The position numbers and the translations under genes were made by a program. The notes under the pieces are model-generated. The model had not been told where the DNA came from. It saw only the letters and a program-made list of their open reading frames with translations, and ran no database searches. 64,000 bases of DNA from the human T2T-CHM13v2.0 reference genome, Homo sapiens, in NCBI GenBank assembly GCA_009914755.4, contig CP068257.2, positions 1,088,001 through 1,152,000 of the forward strand. Direction: 5' to 3'. Of this stretch, positions 48,401 to 62,400 are shown piece by piece (positions within the stretch are counted from its first letter, which is position 1; every line of letters begins with the position of its first letter).

Positions 48401-51400
48401 TGGCATGGAATGGAATCATCCCGAGCGGAAAGGAACGGAATGGAATGGAGTGGAATGGAATGGAATGGAATGGAATGGAATGGAATGGAATCAACACGAA
48501 TGGAATGGAACGGAATGGAATGGAATGGGATGGGATGGAATGGAATGGAAGTTAATCAACACGAATGGAATGGAAAGGAATGGAATGGAATGGAATGGAA
48601 TGGAATGGAATGGAATGAACCCGAATGCAATGGAATGGATTGGAATTAAACGGAATGGAATCAACCCGAGCGGAATGGAATGGAATGGAATGGAATGAAA
48701 AGGTTTGGATCGGAATGGAATCCAATGGAATGTAATGGAATGGAATGGAATAAATCCGGGTGGAGTGGAATGGAATGCAATGGAGTGGAATGTAACGGAA
48801 TTTAGTGGAATGGAATGGAATGGAATGAAATGGATTCGATCGGAATGGAATCCAATGGAATCAACTGGAATGGAATGGAATGGAATGGAATGGAATGGAA
48901 TAAATCCGGGTGGAGTGGAATGGAATGTAATGGAGTGGAATGGAATGGAATTTAATGGAATGGAATGGAATGGAATGGAATGGAATGGAATGGAATGGAA
49001 TGGAATGAAATGGATTGGATCAGAATATAATCCAATGGGTTAAACTGGAATGGAATGGAATGGAATGGAATGGAATGGAATGCAGTGGATCGGAATGGAA
49101 TCAAATGGAATCAACTGGAATGGAATGGAATGGAATGGAATGGAATGGAATAAATCCGGGTGGAGTGGAATGGAATGTAATGGAGTGGAATGTAACGGAA
49201 TTTAGTGGAATGGAATGGAATAGAATGCAATGGAATGGAATGAAATGGATTGTATCGGAATGGAATCCAATGGAATCAACTGGAATGCAATGGAATGGAA
49301 TGGAATGGAATGGAATGGAATGGAATGGAATAAATCCGGGTGGAGTGGAATGTAATATAATGCAGTGGAATGTAATGGAATTTAGTGGAATGGAATGGAA
49401 TGGAATGGAATGGAATGAAATGGGAATGAAATGGATTGGATCGGAATATAATCCAATGGAATAAACTGGAATGGAATGGAATGGAATGAAATAAAATGGA
49501 TTGGATTGGAATGGAATCCAATGGAATCAACTGGAATGGAATGGAATGGAATGGAATGGAATACTTCCGGGTGGAGTGGAATGGAATGTAATGGAGTGGA
49601 ATGGAATGGAATTTAGTGGAATGGAATGGAATGGAATGGAATTAAACCGAGTGGAATGGAACGGAATGGAATGGAAAGGAATGGAATGGAATGGAATGGA
49701 ATGGAATGGAATGGAATGGAATCAACCCAAATGGGATGGCATGGAATGGAATTGAATGCAATGCAATGGAATGGAATGGAATGGAATGCAATGGAATCCA
49801 CCCGATTGGAATGGAATGGAATGGAATGGAATGGAATGGAATGGAATGGAGTGGAATGGAATAAACAGCAGAGGAATGAAATGGATTGGAATGAAATGGA
49901 ATGGAATGGAATGGAATGGAATGAAATCAACCCGAGTGGAATGGAACGGAATGGAATGGAATGGAAAAGAATGAATGGAAGGGAATGGTGTGGAATCAAC
50001 ACGAGAGGAATGGAATGGAATGGAATGGAACGGAACGGAATGGAAAGGAATGGAATGGAATGAACCCGAATAGAATGGAATGGATTGGAATGGAATGGAA
50101 TTGAATCAACCTGAGAGGAAAGGAATGGAATGGAATGGAGAGGAATGGAATGTAATGGATTGGAATGCAATGGAATGGAATCAACACGAATGGAATGGAA
50201 CGGAATGGAATGGGATGGGATGGAATGGAATGGAGTGGAAGTTAATCAACACGAATGGAATGGAACGGAATGGAATGGAATGGAATGGAATGGAATGAAA
50301 GGGAAAGGAACAGAATGGAATCAACAGGAGTGGAATGGAATGGAACAGAATGGAATCAACCCGAGTGGAATGAAATGGAATGTAATGCAATGAGATGGAG
50401 TGGAATCAACCCGAGTGGAATGGAATCGAATGGATTGGAATGGAATGGAATGGAATGAAATGGAATGGATCGGAATGGAATCCAATGGAATCACCTGGAA
50501 TGGAATGGAATGGAATGGAATGGAATGGAATGGAATGGAATGGAATGGAATGGAATAAATCCGGGTGGAGTGGAATGGAATGTAATGGAGTGCAATGTTA
50601 CGGAATTTAGTGGAATGGAATGGAATGGAATGGAATGGAATGGAATGGAATGGAATCTAATGGAATGAAATGGATTGGATCGGAATGGAATCCAATGGAA
50701 TCAACTGGAATGGAATGGAATGGAATAAATCCGGTTGGAGTGGAATGGAATGTAATGGAGTGGAATGGAATGGAATTTAGTGTAATGGAATGGAATGGAA
50801 TGGAATGGAATGGAATGGAATGGAATGGAATGGAAAGGAATGGAATGAAATGGAATGGAATCAACCCGAATGGAATGGAACGGAATGGAATGGAAAGGAA
50901 TGGAATGGAATGGAATGGAATGGAATAGAATGGAATGGAATGGAATGGAATGGAATCAACCCAAGTGCAATGGAATGCAATAGAATGCAATGGAATCCAC
51001 CCGAGTGGAATGGAATGGAATGGAATGGAATGGAATATAATGCAATGGAATAGAATGGAATGGAATGGAATGGAATGGAATGGAGTGGAATGGAACTGAA
51101 TGGAGTGGAATGGAATAAACACCAGGAGAATGAAATGGATTGGAATGAAATGGAATGGAATGGAATGGAATGGAATGAAATCAACCCGAGTGGAATGGAA
51201 CGGAATGGAATGGAATGGAAAGGAATGAATGGAAGGGAATGGTTTGGAAACAACACGAGAGGAATGGAATGGAATGGAATGGAAAGGAACAGAATGGAAA
51301 GGAATGGAATGGAATGAACCCGAATGGAATGGAATGGATTGGAATGGAATGGAATGGAATCGACCCGAGCATAAAGGAATGGAACGGAATGGAGTGGAAT

Positions 51401-53434
51401 GGAATGGAATGGAATGGAATGGAATGGAATGGAATGGAATGGAATCAACACGAATGGAATGGAGCGGAATGAAATGGGATGGGATGGAATGGAATGGAAT
51501 GGAATGGAATGGAATGGAATGGAATCAACATGAATGGAATGGAACGTAATGGAATGGAATGGAATGGAAAATAATGGAATGGAATGAACCCGAATGGAAT
51601 GGAATGGATTGGAATGGAATGGAATGGAATGGAATCAACCCGAGCGGAAAGGAATGGAATGGCATGGAGTGGAATGGAATGTAATGTAATGGAATGGAAT
51701 GGAATGGAATCAACACGAATGGAATGGAACGGAATGGAATGGGATGGGATGTAATGGAATGGAATGGAAGTTAATCAACACGAATGGAATGCAACGGAAT
51801 GGAATGGAATGGAATGGAGTGGAATGAACCCGAATGGAATGGAATGGATTGGAATGGAATGGAATTGAATCAACCCTAGTGGAAAGGAATGGAATGGAAT
51901 GGAGTGGAATGTAATGTAATGTAATGTAATGGAATGGAATGGAATGGAATCAACACGAATGGAATGGAACGGAATGGAATGGGATGGGATGGAATGGAAT
52001 GGAATGGAAGTTAATCAACATGAATGGAATGGAATGTAATGGAATGGAACGGAACGGAATGGAATGGAATGGAATGGAATGGAATGGAATGGAAAGGAAC
52101 GGAATGGAATCAACATGAGTGGAATGGAATGGATAGGAATGGAATCAACTCGAGTGGAATGAAATGGAATGTAATGCAATGGGATGGAGTGGAATCAACC
52201 CGAGTGGAATGGAATGGAATGGAATGGAACGAAATGGAATGGATCGGAATGTAATCCAATGGAATCAACTGGAATGGAATGGAATGGAATGGAATGGAAT
52301 AAACCCGGGTGGAGTGGAATGGAATGTAACGGAGTGGAATGTAATGGAATTTAGTGGAATGGAATGGAATGGAATGGAATGAAATGGATTGGATCGGAAT
52401 GGAATCCAATGGAATCAACTGGAATGGAATGGAATGGAATGGAATAAATCCGGGTGGAGTGGAATGGAATGTAATGGAGTGGAATGGAACGGATTTTACT
52501 GGAATGGAATGGAATGGAATGGAATGCAATGGAATGGAATGGAATGGAATGGAATGGAATGGAATGGAATGGAATCAACCCGAATGGAATGGAACGGAAA
52601 GGAATGGAAAGGAATGGAATGGAATGGAATGGAATGGAATGGAATGGAATGGTATAAATCCAGGTGGAGTTGACTGTAATGTAATGCCGTGGAATGGAAT
52701 GGAATTCAGTGGAATGGAATGGATTGGAATGGATTGGAATGTAATGTAATGGAATGGAATGGAATGGAATGGAATGAAAGGGATAGGATCGGAATGGAAT
52801 CCAATGGAATCAACTGGAATGGAATGGAATTGAATAAATCCGGGTGGAGTGGAATGGAATGTAGTGGAGTGGAATGGAATGGAATTTAGTGGAATGGAAT
52901 GGAAAGGAATGGAATGGAATGGAATGGAATGGAATGGAATGGAATGGAATGGAATCAGCCCGAATGGGATGGCATGGAATGGAATTCAATGGAATGGAAT
53001 GGAATGGAATCAACCCAAGTGCAATGGAATGGAATGGAATGCAATGGAATCCACCCAAGTGGAATGGAATGGAATGGAATGGAACGGAATGGAATGGAAT
53101 GGAGTGGAATGGGACGGAATGGAGTGGAATTGAATAAACACAAGGGGAATGAAATGGATTGGAAAGAAATGGAATGGAATGGAATGGAATGAAATCAACC
53201 CGAGTGGAATGTAACGGAATGGAATGGAATGGAAAGGAATGAATGTAATGGAATGGGGTGGAATCAACACGAGAGGAATGGAATGGAATGGAACGGAATG
53301 GAATGGAATAAATCCGGGTGGAGTGCAATGGAATGTAATGGAGTGGAATGGAAAGGAATTTAGTGGAATGGAATGGAATGGAATGGAATGGAATGGAATG
53401 GAATCAACCTGAATGGGTTGGCATGGAATGGAAT

Positions 53435-56400
53435 GGAATGGAGTGGAATGTAATGTAATGTAATGGAATGGAATGGAATGGAATCAACACGAATGGAATG
53501 GAACGGAATGGAATGGGATGGGATGGAATGGAATGTAATGGAAGTTAATCAAGACGAATGGAATGCAACGGAATGGAATGGAACGGAATGGAATGGAATG
53601 GAATGAACCCGAATGGAATGGAATGGATTGGAATGGAATGGAATGGAATCAACCCGAGCGGAAAGGAATGGAATGGAATGGAGTGGAATGTAATGTAATG
53701 GAATAGAATTGAATGGAATGGAATCAACAGGAATGGTATGGAACGCAATGGAATGGGATGAGATGGAATGGATGTTAATCAACATGAATGGAATGGAACG
53801 GAATGGAATGGAATGGAATGGAATGGAATGGAATGGAAAGGAATGGAATGGAGTGGAATGGAACGGAATGGAGTGGAATGGAATAAACACCAGGGGAATG
53901 AAATGGATTGGAATGAAATGGATTGGAATGGAATGGAATGCAATGGAATGGAATGAATGGAATGGAATGGTGTGGAATCAACAGGAGAGGAATGGAATGG
54001 AATGGAATGGAATGGAACGGAATGGAAAGGAATGGAATGGAATGGAATGGAACGGAATGGAAAGGAATGGAATGGAATCAACCCGAGCGGAAAGGAATGG
54101 AATGGAATGGAGTGGAATGTAATGAAATGTAATGGAATGGAATGGAATGGAATCAACACGAATGGAATGGAACGGAATGGAATGGGAAGGGATGGAATGG
54201 AATGCAATGGAAGATACCCGAATGGAATGGAGTGGATAGGAATGGAATGAAATGGAATCATCCTGAGGGGAAAGGAATGGAATGGAACGGAGTGGAATGG
54301 GATGGGATCGAATGGAATGGAATGGAAGTTAATCAACACGAATGGAATGGAACAGAATGGAAAGGGATGGGATGGAATGGAATGGAATGGAAGTTAATCA
54401 ACACGAATGGAATGGAACGGAATGGAATGGAATGGAATGGAATGGAATGGAATGGAATGGAATGAAATGGAATGAACCCGAATGGAATGGAATGGATTGG
54501 AATGGAATAGAATGGAATCAACCAGAGCGGAAAGGAATGGAATGGAAAGGAGTGGAATGGAATGTAATGGAATGGAAGGCAATGGAATGGAATCAACACG
54601 AATGGAATGGAACGGAATGGAATGGGATGGGATGGAATGGAATGGAATGGAAGTTAATCAACACGAATGGAATGGAACGGAATGGAATTGAATGGAATGG
54701 AATGGAATGAAATGGAATGGAATGGAATGAAATGGAAAGGAACGGAATGGAATCAACACGAGTGGAATGGAATGGAACGGAATGGAATCAACCCGAGTGG
54801 AATGAAATGGAATGTAATGCAATGGGATGGAGTGGAATCAACCGGAGTGGAATGCAATGGAATGGAATGGAATGAAATGGAATGGATCGGAATGGAATCG
54901 AATGGAATCAACTGGAATGGAATGGAATGGAATGGAATGGAATGGAATGGAAAGGAATAAATCCGGGTGGAGTGCAATGGAATGTAATGGAGTGGAATGG
55001 AATGGAATTTAGTGGAATGGAATGTAATGGAATGGAATGGAATGGAATCAACCCGAATGGAATGGAACGGAATGGAATGGAAAGAAATGGAAAGGAATGG
55101 AATAGAATGGAATGGAATGGAATGGAATGGAATCATCCCGAATGGGATGGAATGGAATGGAATGGAATGGAAAGGAATGAAATGCAATGGATCGGAATGG
55201 AATCCAATGGAATCAACTGGAATGGAATGGAATGGAATGGAATGGAAAGGAATGGAATGGAATGGAATGGAATGAATCCGGGTGGAGTGGAATGGAATGT
55301 AATGGAGTGGAATGTAATGGAATTTAGTGGAATGGAATGGAATGGAATGGAATGGAATGGAATGCAATGAAATGGAATGGATCGGAATGGAATCCAAAGG
55401 AATCAACTGGAATGGAATGGAATGGAATGGAATGGAATGGAATGGAATAAATCCGGGTGGAGTGGAATGGAATGTAATGGAGTGGAATTTAGTGGAATGG
55501 AAACGAATGGAATGGAATGGAACGGAATGGAATGGAATGGAATGGAATCAACCCGAATGGAATGGAACGGAATGGAATGGAAAGGAATGGAATGGAATGG
55601 AATGGAATGGAAGGGAATCAACCCGAATGGGATGGCATGGAATGGAATGGAATGGAATGGAATCATCCAAAGTGTAATGGAATGGAATAGAGTGCAATGG
55701 AACCCACCCGAGTGGAATGGAATGGAATGGAATGGAAAGGAATGGAATGGATTGGAATGGAACCGAATGGAGTGGAATGGAATAAACACCAGGGGAATGA
55801 AATAGATTGGAATGAAATGGAATGGAATGGAATGGAATGGAATGAAATCAAACCGAGTGGAATGGAACAGAATGGAATGGAATGGAAAGGAATGAATGGA
55901 ATGGAATGGTGTGGAATCAACAGGAGAGGAATGGAATGGAATGGAATGGAATGGAACGGAATGGAAAGGAATGGAATAGAATGGAATGGAACGGAACGGA
56001 ATGGAAAGGAATGGAATGGAATCAACACGAGCGGAAAGGAATGGAATGGATTTGAGTAGAATGTAATGTAATGGAATGGAATGGAATGGAATGGAATCAA
56101 CACGAATGGAATGGAATGGAATGGGATGGGATGGAATGGAATGGAATGGAATGAACCTGAATGGAATGGAATGGATTGGAATGGAATGGAATGGAATTAA
56201 CCCGAGCGGAAAGGAATGGAATGGAATGGAATTAACCCGAGCGGAAAGGAATGGAATGGAATGGAATGGAGTGGAATGGAACGGAATGGAGTGGAATGGA
56301 ATAAACAACAGGGGTATGAAATGGATTGGAATAAAATGGAATGGAATGGAATGGAATGGAATGAAATCAACCCGAGTGGAATGGAACGGAGTGGAATGGA

Positions 56401-59400
56401 ATGGAAAGGAATGAATGGAATGGAATGGTTTGGAATCAACACGAGGAGAATGGAAGGAATGGAATGGAACGGAACGGAATGGAAAGGAATGAAATGGAAT
56501 GAACCCGAATGGAATGGAATGGATTGGAATGGAATGGAATGGAATCAACCAGAGCGGAAAGGAATGGAATGGAAAGGAGTGGAATGGAATGTAATGGAAT
56601 GGAATGCAATGGAATGGAATCAACACGAATGGAATGGAACGGAATGGAATGGGATGGGATGGAATGGAATGGAATGGAAGTTAATCAACACGAATGGAAT
56701 GGAACGGAATGTAATGGAATGGAATGGAATGGAATGGAATGGAATGGAATGGAATGGAATGAAATGGAAAGGAACGGAATGGAATCAACACGAGTGGAAT
56801 GGAATGGAACGGAATGGAATCAACCTGAGTGAAATGAAATGGAATGTAATGCAATGGGATGGTTTGGAATCAACCCGAGTGGAATGGAATGGAATGGAAT
56901 GGAATGGAATGGAATGGAATGGAATGGAAGGCAATGGAATGGATCGGAATGGAATCCAATGGAATCAACTGGAATGGAATGGATTGGAATGGAACAAATC
57001 CGGGTGGAGTGGAATGGAAGGGAATGGAGTGGAATGGAATGGAATTTAGTGGAATGGAATGGAATGGAATGGAATGAAATGGATTGGATCGGAATGGAAT
57101 CCAATGGAATCAATTGGAATGGAATGGAATGAAATAGAATGGTATAAATCCGGGTGGAGTGGAATGGAATGTAGTGGAGTGGAATGGAATTGAATTTAGT
57201 GGAATGGAATGGAATGGAATGGATTGGAATGGAATGGAATCAACCCGAATGGAATGGAACGGAATGGAATAGAAAGGAATAGAATGGAATGGAATGGAAT
57301 GGAATGGAATGGAATGGAATCAACCCGAATGGGATGGCATGGAATGGAATGGAATTGAATGGAATGGAATGGAATGGAAAGGAATGGAATGGAATGGAAT
57401 CATCCCAAGTGTAATGGAATGGAATGGAGTGCAATGGAACCCACCCGAGTGGAATGGAATGGAATGGAATGGAAAGGAATGGAATGGATTGGAATGGAAC
57501 GGAATGGAGTGGAATGGAATGGAATGGAATGGAATGGAATGGAATCAACCCGAATGGGATGGCATGGAATGGAATTCAGTGAAATGGAATGGAATGGAAT
57601 GGAATGGAATCAACCCAAGTGCAATGGAATGGAATGGAAGGCAATGGAGTCCACCCGAGTGGAATGGAATGGAATGGAATGGAATGGAATGGAATGGAGT
57701 GGAATGGAATGGAATGGAGTGGAATGGAACGGAATGGAGTGGAATGGAATAAACACCAGGGGAATGAAATGGATTGGAATGAAAAGGAATGGAAAGGGAA
57801 TGGAATGGAATAAAATCAACCAGAGTGGAATGGAACGGAACGGAATGAAATGGAAAGGAATGAATGGAAGGGAATGGTGTGGAGTCAACACGAGAGGAAT
57901 GGAATGGAATGGAATGGAACGGAATGGAATGGAAAGGAATGGAATGGAATGAACCCGAATGGAATGGAATGGATTGGAAAGGAATGGAATTGAATCAACC
58001 CGAGCGGAAAGGAATGGAATGGAATGGAGTGGAATGTAATGTAATGGAATGGAATTGAATGGAATGGAATGGAATCAACACGAATGGAATGGAAAGGAAT
58101 GGAATGTGATGGGATGGAATGGAATGGAATGGAAGTTAATCAACACGAATGGAATGGAACGGAATGGAATGGAATGGAATGGAATGAACCCGAATGGAAT
58201 GGAATGGATTGGAATGGAATGGAATGGAATCAACCCAAGCGGAATGGATTGGAATGGAATGGAGTGGAATGGAATGGAATGGAATGGAATGGAATGAAAT
58301 GGAAAGGAACGGAATGGAATCAACACGAGTGGAATGGAATGGAACGGAATGGAATCAACCAGAGTGGAATGAAATGGAATGTAATGCAATGGGATGGAGT
58401 GGAATCAACCCGAGTGGAATAGAATGGAATGGAACGGAATGAAATGGAATGGATCGGATTGGAATCCAGTGGAGTCAACTGGAATGGAATGGAATGGAAT
58501 GGAATGGAATGGAATGGAATGGAATGGAATGGAATAAATCCGGGTGGAGTGGAATGGAATGTAATGGAGTGGAATGGAATGGAATTTAGTGGAATGCAAT
58601 GGAATGGAATAGAATGGAATGGAATGGAATGGAATCAACCCGAGTGGATTGGAAAGGAATGGAATGGAAAGGAATGGAATGGAATGGAATGGAATGGAAT
58701 GGAATGGAATCAACCCGAATGGGATGGAATGGAATGGAATTGAATGGAATGGAATGGAATCAACCCAAGTGCAATGGAATGGTATGGAATGCAATGGAAT
58801 CCACCCGAGTGGAATGGAATGGAATGGAATGGAATGGAATGGAAGGAAAGGAATGGAGTGGAATGGAACGGAATGGAGTGGAACGGAATAAACACCAGGG
58901 GAATGAAATGGATTGGAATGAAATTGAATGGAATGGAATGGAATGGAATGGAATGGAATGAAATCAACCCGAGTGGAATGGATCGGAATGGAATGGAATG
59001 GAAAGGAATGAATGGCATGGAATGGTGTGGAATCAACACGAGAGGAATGGAATGGAATGGAATGGAATGGAACGGAATGGAAAGGAATGGAATGGGATGA
59101 ACCCGAATGGAATGGAATGGATTGGAATGGAATGGAATGGAATCAACCCGAGCGGAAAGGAATGGAATGGAATGGAGTGGAATGGAATCTAATGTAATGG
59201 AATGGAATGGAATAGAATCAACACAAATGGAATGGAACGGAATGGAATGGGATGGGATGGAATGGAATGGAATGGAAGTTAATCAACACGAATGGAATGG
59301 AACGGAATGGAATGGAAAGGAATGGAATGGAAAGGAATGGAATGGAATGGAATGGAATGAAATGGAAAGGAACGGAATGGAATCAACACGAGTGGAATGG

Positions 59401-62400
59401 ATTGGAACGGAATGGAATCAACCCCAGTGGAATGAACTGGAATGTAATGCAATGGGATGGAATGGAATCAACCCGAGTGGAATGGAATGGAATGGAATGA
59501 AATGGAATGGATTGGAATGGAATCCAATGGAATCAACTGGAATGGAATGAAATGGAATGGAATAGAATGGAATGGAATGGAATAAATCCGGGTGGAGTGG
59601 AATGGAATGTAATGGAGTGGAATGTAAAGGAATTTAGTGGAATGGAATGGAATGGAATGGAATGGAATGGAATGGAATGGAATGGATTGGATCAGAATGG
59701 AATCCAATGGAATCAACTGGAATGGCATGGAATGGAATGCAATGGAATAAATCCGGGTGGAGTGGAATGGAATGTAATGGAGTGGAATGGAATGGAATTT
59801 AGTGGAATGGAATGGAATGGAATGGAATGGAATGGAATGGAATGGATTGGATCAGAATGGAATCCAATGGAATCAACTGGAATGGCATGGAATGGAATGC
59901 AATGGAATAAATCCGGGTGGAGTGGAATGGAATGTAATGGAGTGGAATGGAATGGAATTTAGTGGAATGGAATGGAACGGAATGGAATGGAATGGAATGG
60001 AATAAACCCGAATGGAATGGAACGGAATGGAATGGAAATGAATGGAATGGAATGGAATGGAATGGAATGAAATGGAATGGAATGGAATGGAATGGAATCA
60101 ACCCGAATGGGATGGCATGGAATGGAATTGAATGGAATAGAATGGAACGGACTGTAATGGAATGGAATGGAATTGAATCAACCCAAGTGCAATGGAATGG
60201 AATGGAATGCAATGGAATCCACCCGAGTGGAATGGAATCGAATGGAACAGAATGGAATGGAATGGAATGGAATGGAATGAAATCAACCCGAGTGGAATGC
60301 AACGGAATGGAATGGAATGGAAAGGAATGAATGTAATGGAATGGGGTGGAATCAACACGAGAGGAATGGAATGGAACGGAATGGATCGGAACGGAATGGA
60401 AAGGAATGGAATGGAATGAAACCGAATGGAATGGAATGGATTGGAATGGAATAGAATGGAATCAACCCGAGCGGAAAGGAATGTAACGGAATGGAGTGGA
60501 ATGTAATGTAATGTAAAGGAATGGAATGAAATAGAATCAACACGAATGGAATGGAACGGAATGGAATGGGATGGGATGGAATGGAATGGAATAAATCCGG
60601 GTGGAGTGGATTGGATTGTAATGGAGTGGAACGTAATGGAATTTAGTGGAATGGAATGGAATGGAATGGAATGGAATGGAATGAAATGGATTGGATCGGA
60701 ATGGAAGCCAATGGAATCAACTGGAATGGAATGGAATGGAATGGAATGGAATGAAATGGATTGGATCGGAATGGAAGCCAATGGAATCAAATGGAATGGA
60801 ATGGAATGGAATGGAATGGAATGGAATGGAATGGAATGGAATAAATCCGGGTGGAGTGGAATGGAATGTAATGGAGTGGAATGTAATGGAATTTAGTGGA
60901 ATGGAATGGAATGGAATGGAATGGAATGGAATGGAATGGAATGGAATGGAATGGAATCAACCCGAAAGGAATGGAATGGAAATGAATGGAATGGAGTGGA
61001 GTGGAATGGAATGGAATGGAATGGAATGGAATGGAAAGGAATGGAATGGAATCAACCCGAATGGGATGGCATGGAATGGAATTGAATGGAATGGAATGGA
61101 ATGGAATGGAATGGAATGGAATCAACCCAAGTGCAATGGAATGGAATGGAATGCAATGGAGTACACCCGAGTGGAATGAAATGGAATGGAATGGAATGGA
61201 GTGGAATGGAACGTAATGGAGTGGAATGGAAAAAACACCAGGGGAATGAAATGGATTGGAATGAAATGGAATGGAAGGGAATGGAATGGAATGAAATCAA
61301 CCCGAGTGGAATGGAACGGAATGGAATGTAATGGAAAGGAATGAATGGATTGGAATGGTGTGGAATCAACACGAGAGGAATGGAATGGAACGGAATGGAA
61401 CGGAACGGAATAGAAAGGAATGGAATGGAATGAATCCGAATGGAATGGAATGGATTGGAATGGAATAGAATGGAATCAACCCGAGCGGAAAGGAATGGAA
61501 TCGAATGGAGTGGAATGTAATGTAATGTAAAGGAATAGAATGAAATAGAATCAACACGAATGGAATGGAACGGAATGGAATGGGATGGGATGGAATGGAA
61601 TGGAATGGAAGTTAATCAACACGAATGGAATGGAACGGAATGGAATGGAATGGAATGGAATGGAATGGAATGGAATGGAATGGAAGGAACGGAATGGAAT
61701 CAACACGAGTGGAATGGAATGAAACGGAATGGAATCAACACGAGGGGAATGAAATGGAATGTAATGCAATGGGATGGAGTGGAATCAACCCGAGTGGAAT
61801 GGAATGGAATGGAATGAAATGGAATGGATCGGAATGGAATCTAATGGAATCAACTGGAATGGAATGGAATGGAATGGAATAAATCCAGGTGGAGTGGACT
61901 GGAATGTAATGGAGTGGAATGTAATGGAATTTAGTGGAATGGAATGGAATGGAGTGGAATGGAATGGAATGGAATGGAAAGGAATGAAATGGATTGGATA
62001 GGAATGGAATCCAATGGAATCAACTGGAATGGAATGGAAAGGAATGGAATGGAATGGAATAAATCCGGGTGGAGTGGAGTGGAATGTAATGGAGTGGAAT
62101 GGAATGGAATTTAGTGTAATGGAATGGAATGGAATGGAATGGAATGGAATCAACCCGAGTGGAATGGAACGGAATGGAATGGAAGGGAATGGAATGGAAG
62201 GGAATGGAATGGAATGGAATAGAATGTAATGTAATGGAATGGAATGGAATGGAATGGAAGGGAATGGAATCAACACGAATGGAATGGCATGGAATGGCAT
62301 TGAATCGAATAGAATGGAATGGAATGGAATGGAATGGAATCAACCCAAGTGCAATGGAATGGAATGGAATGCATTGGAATCCACCTGAGTGGAATGTAAT

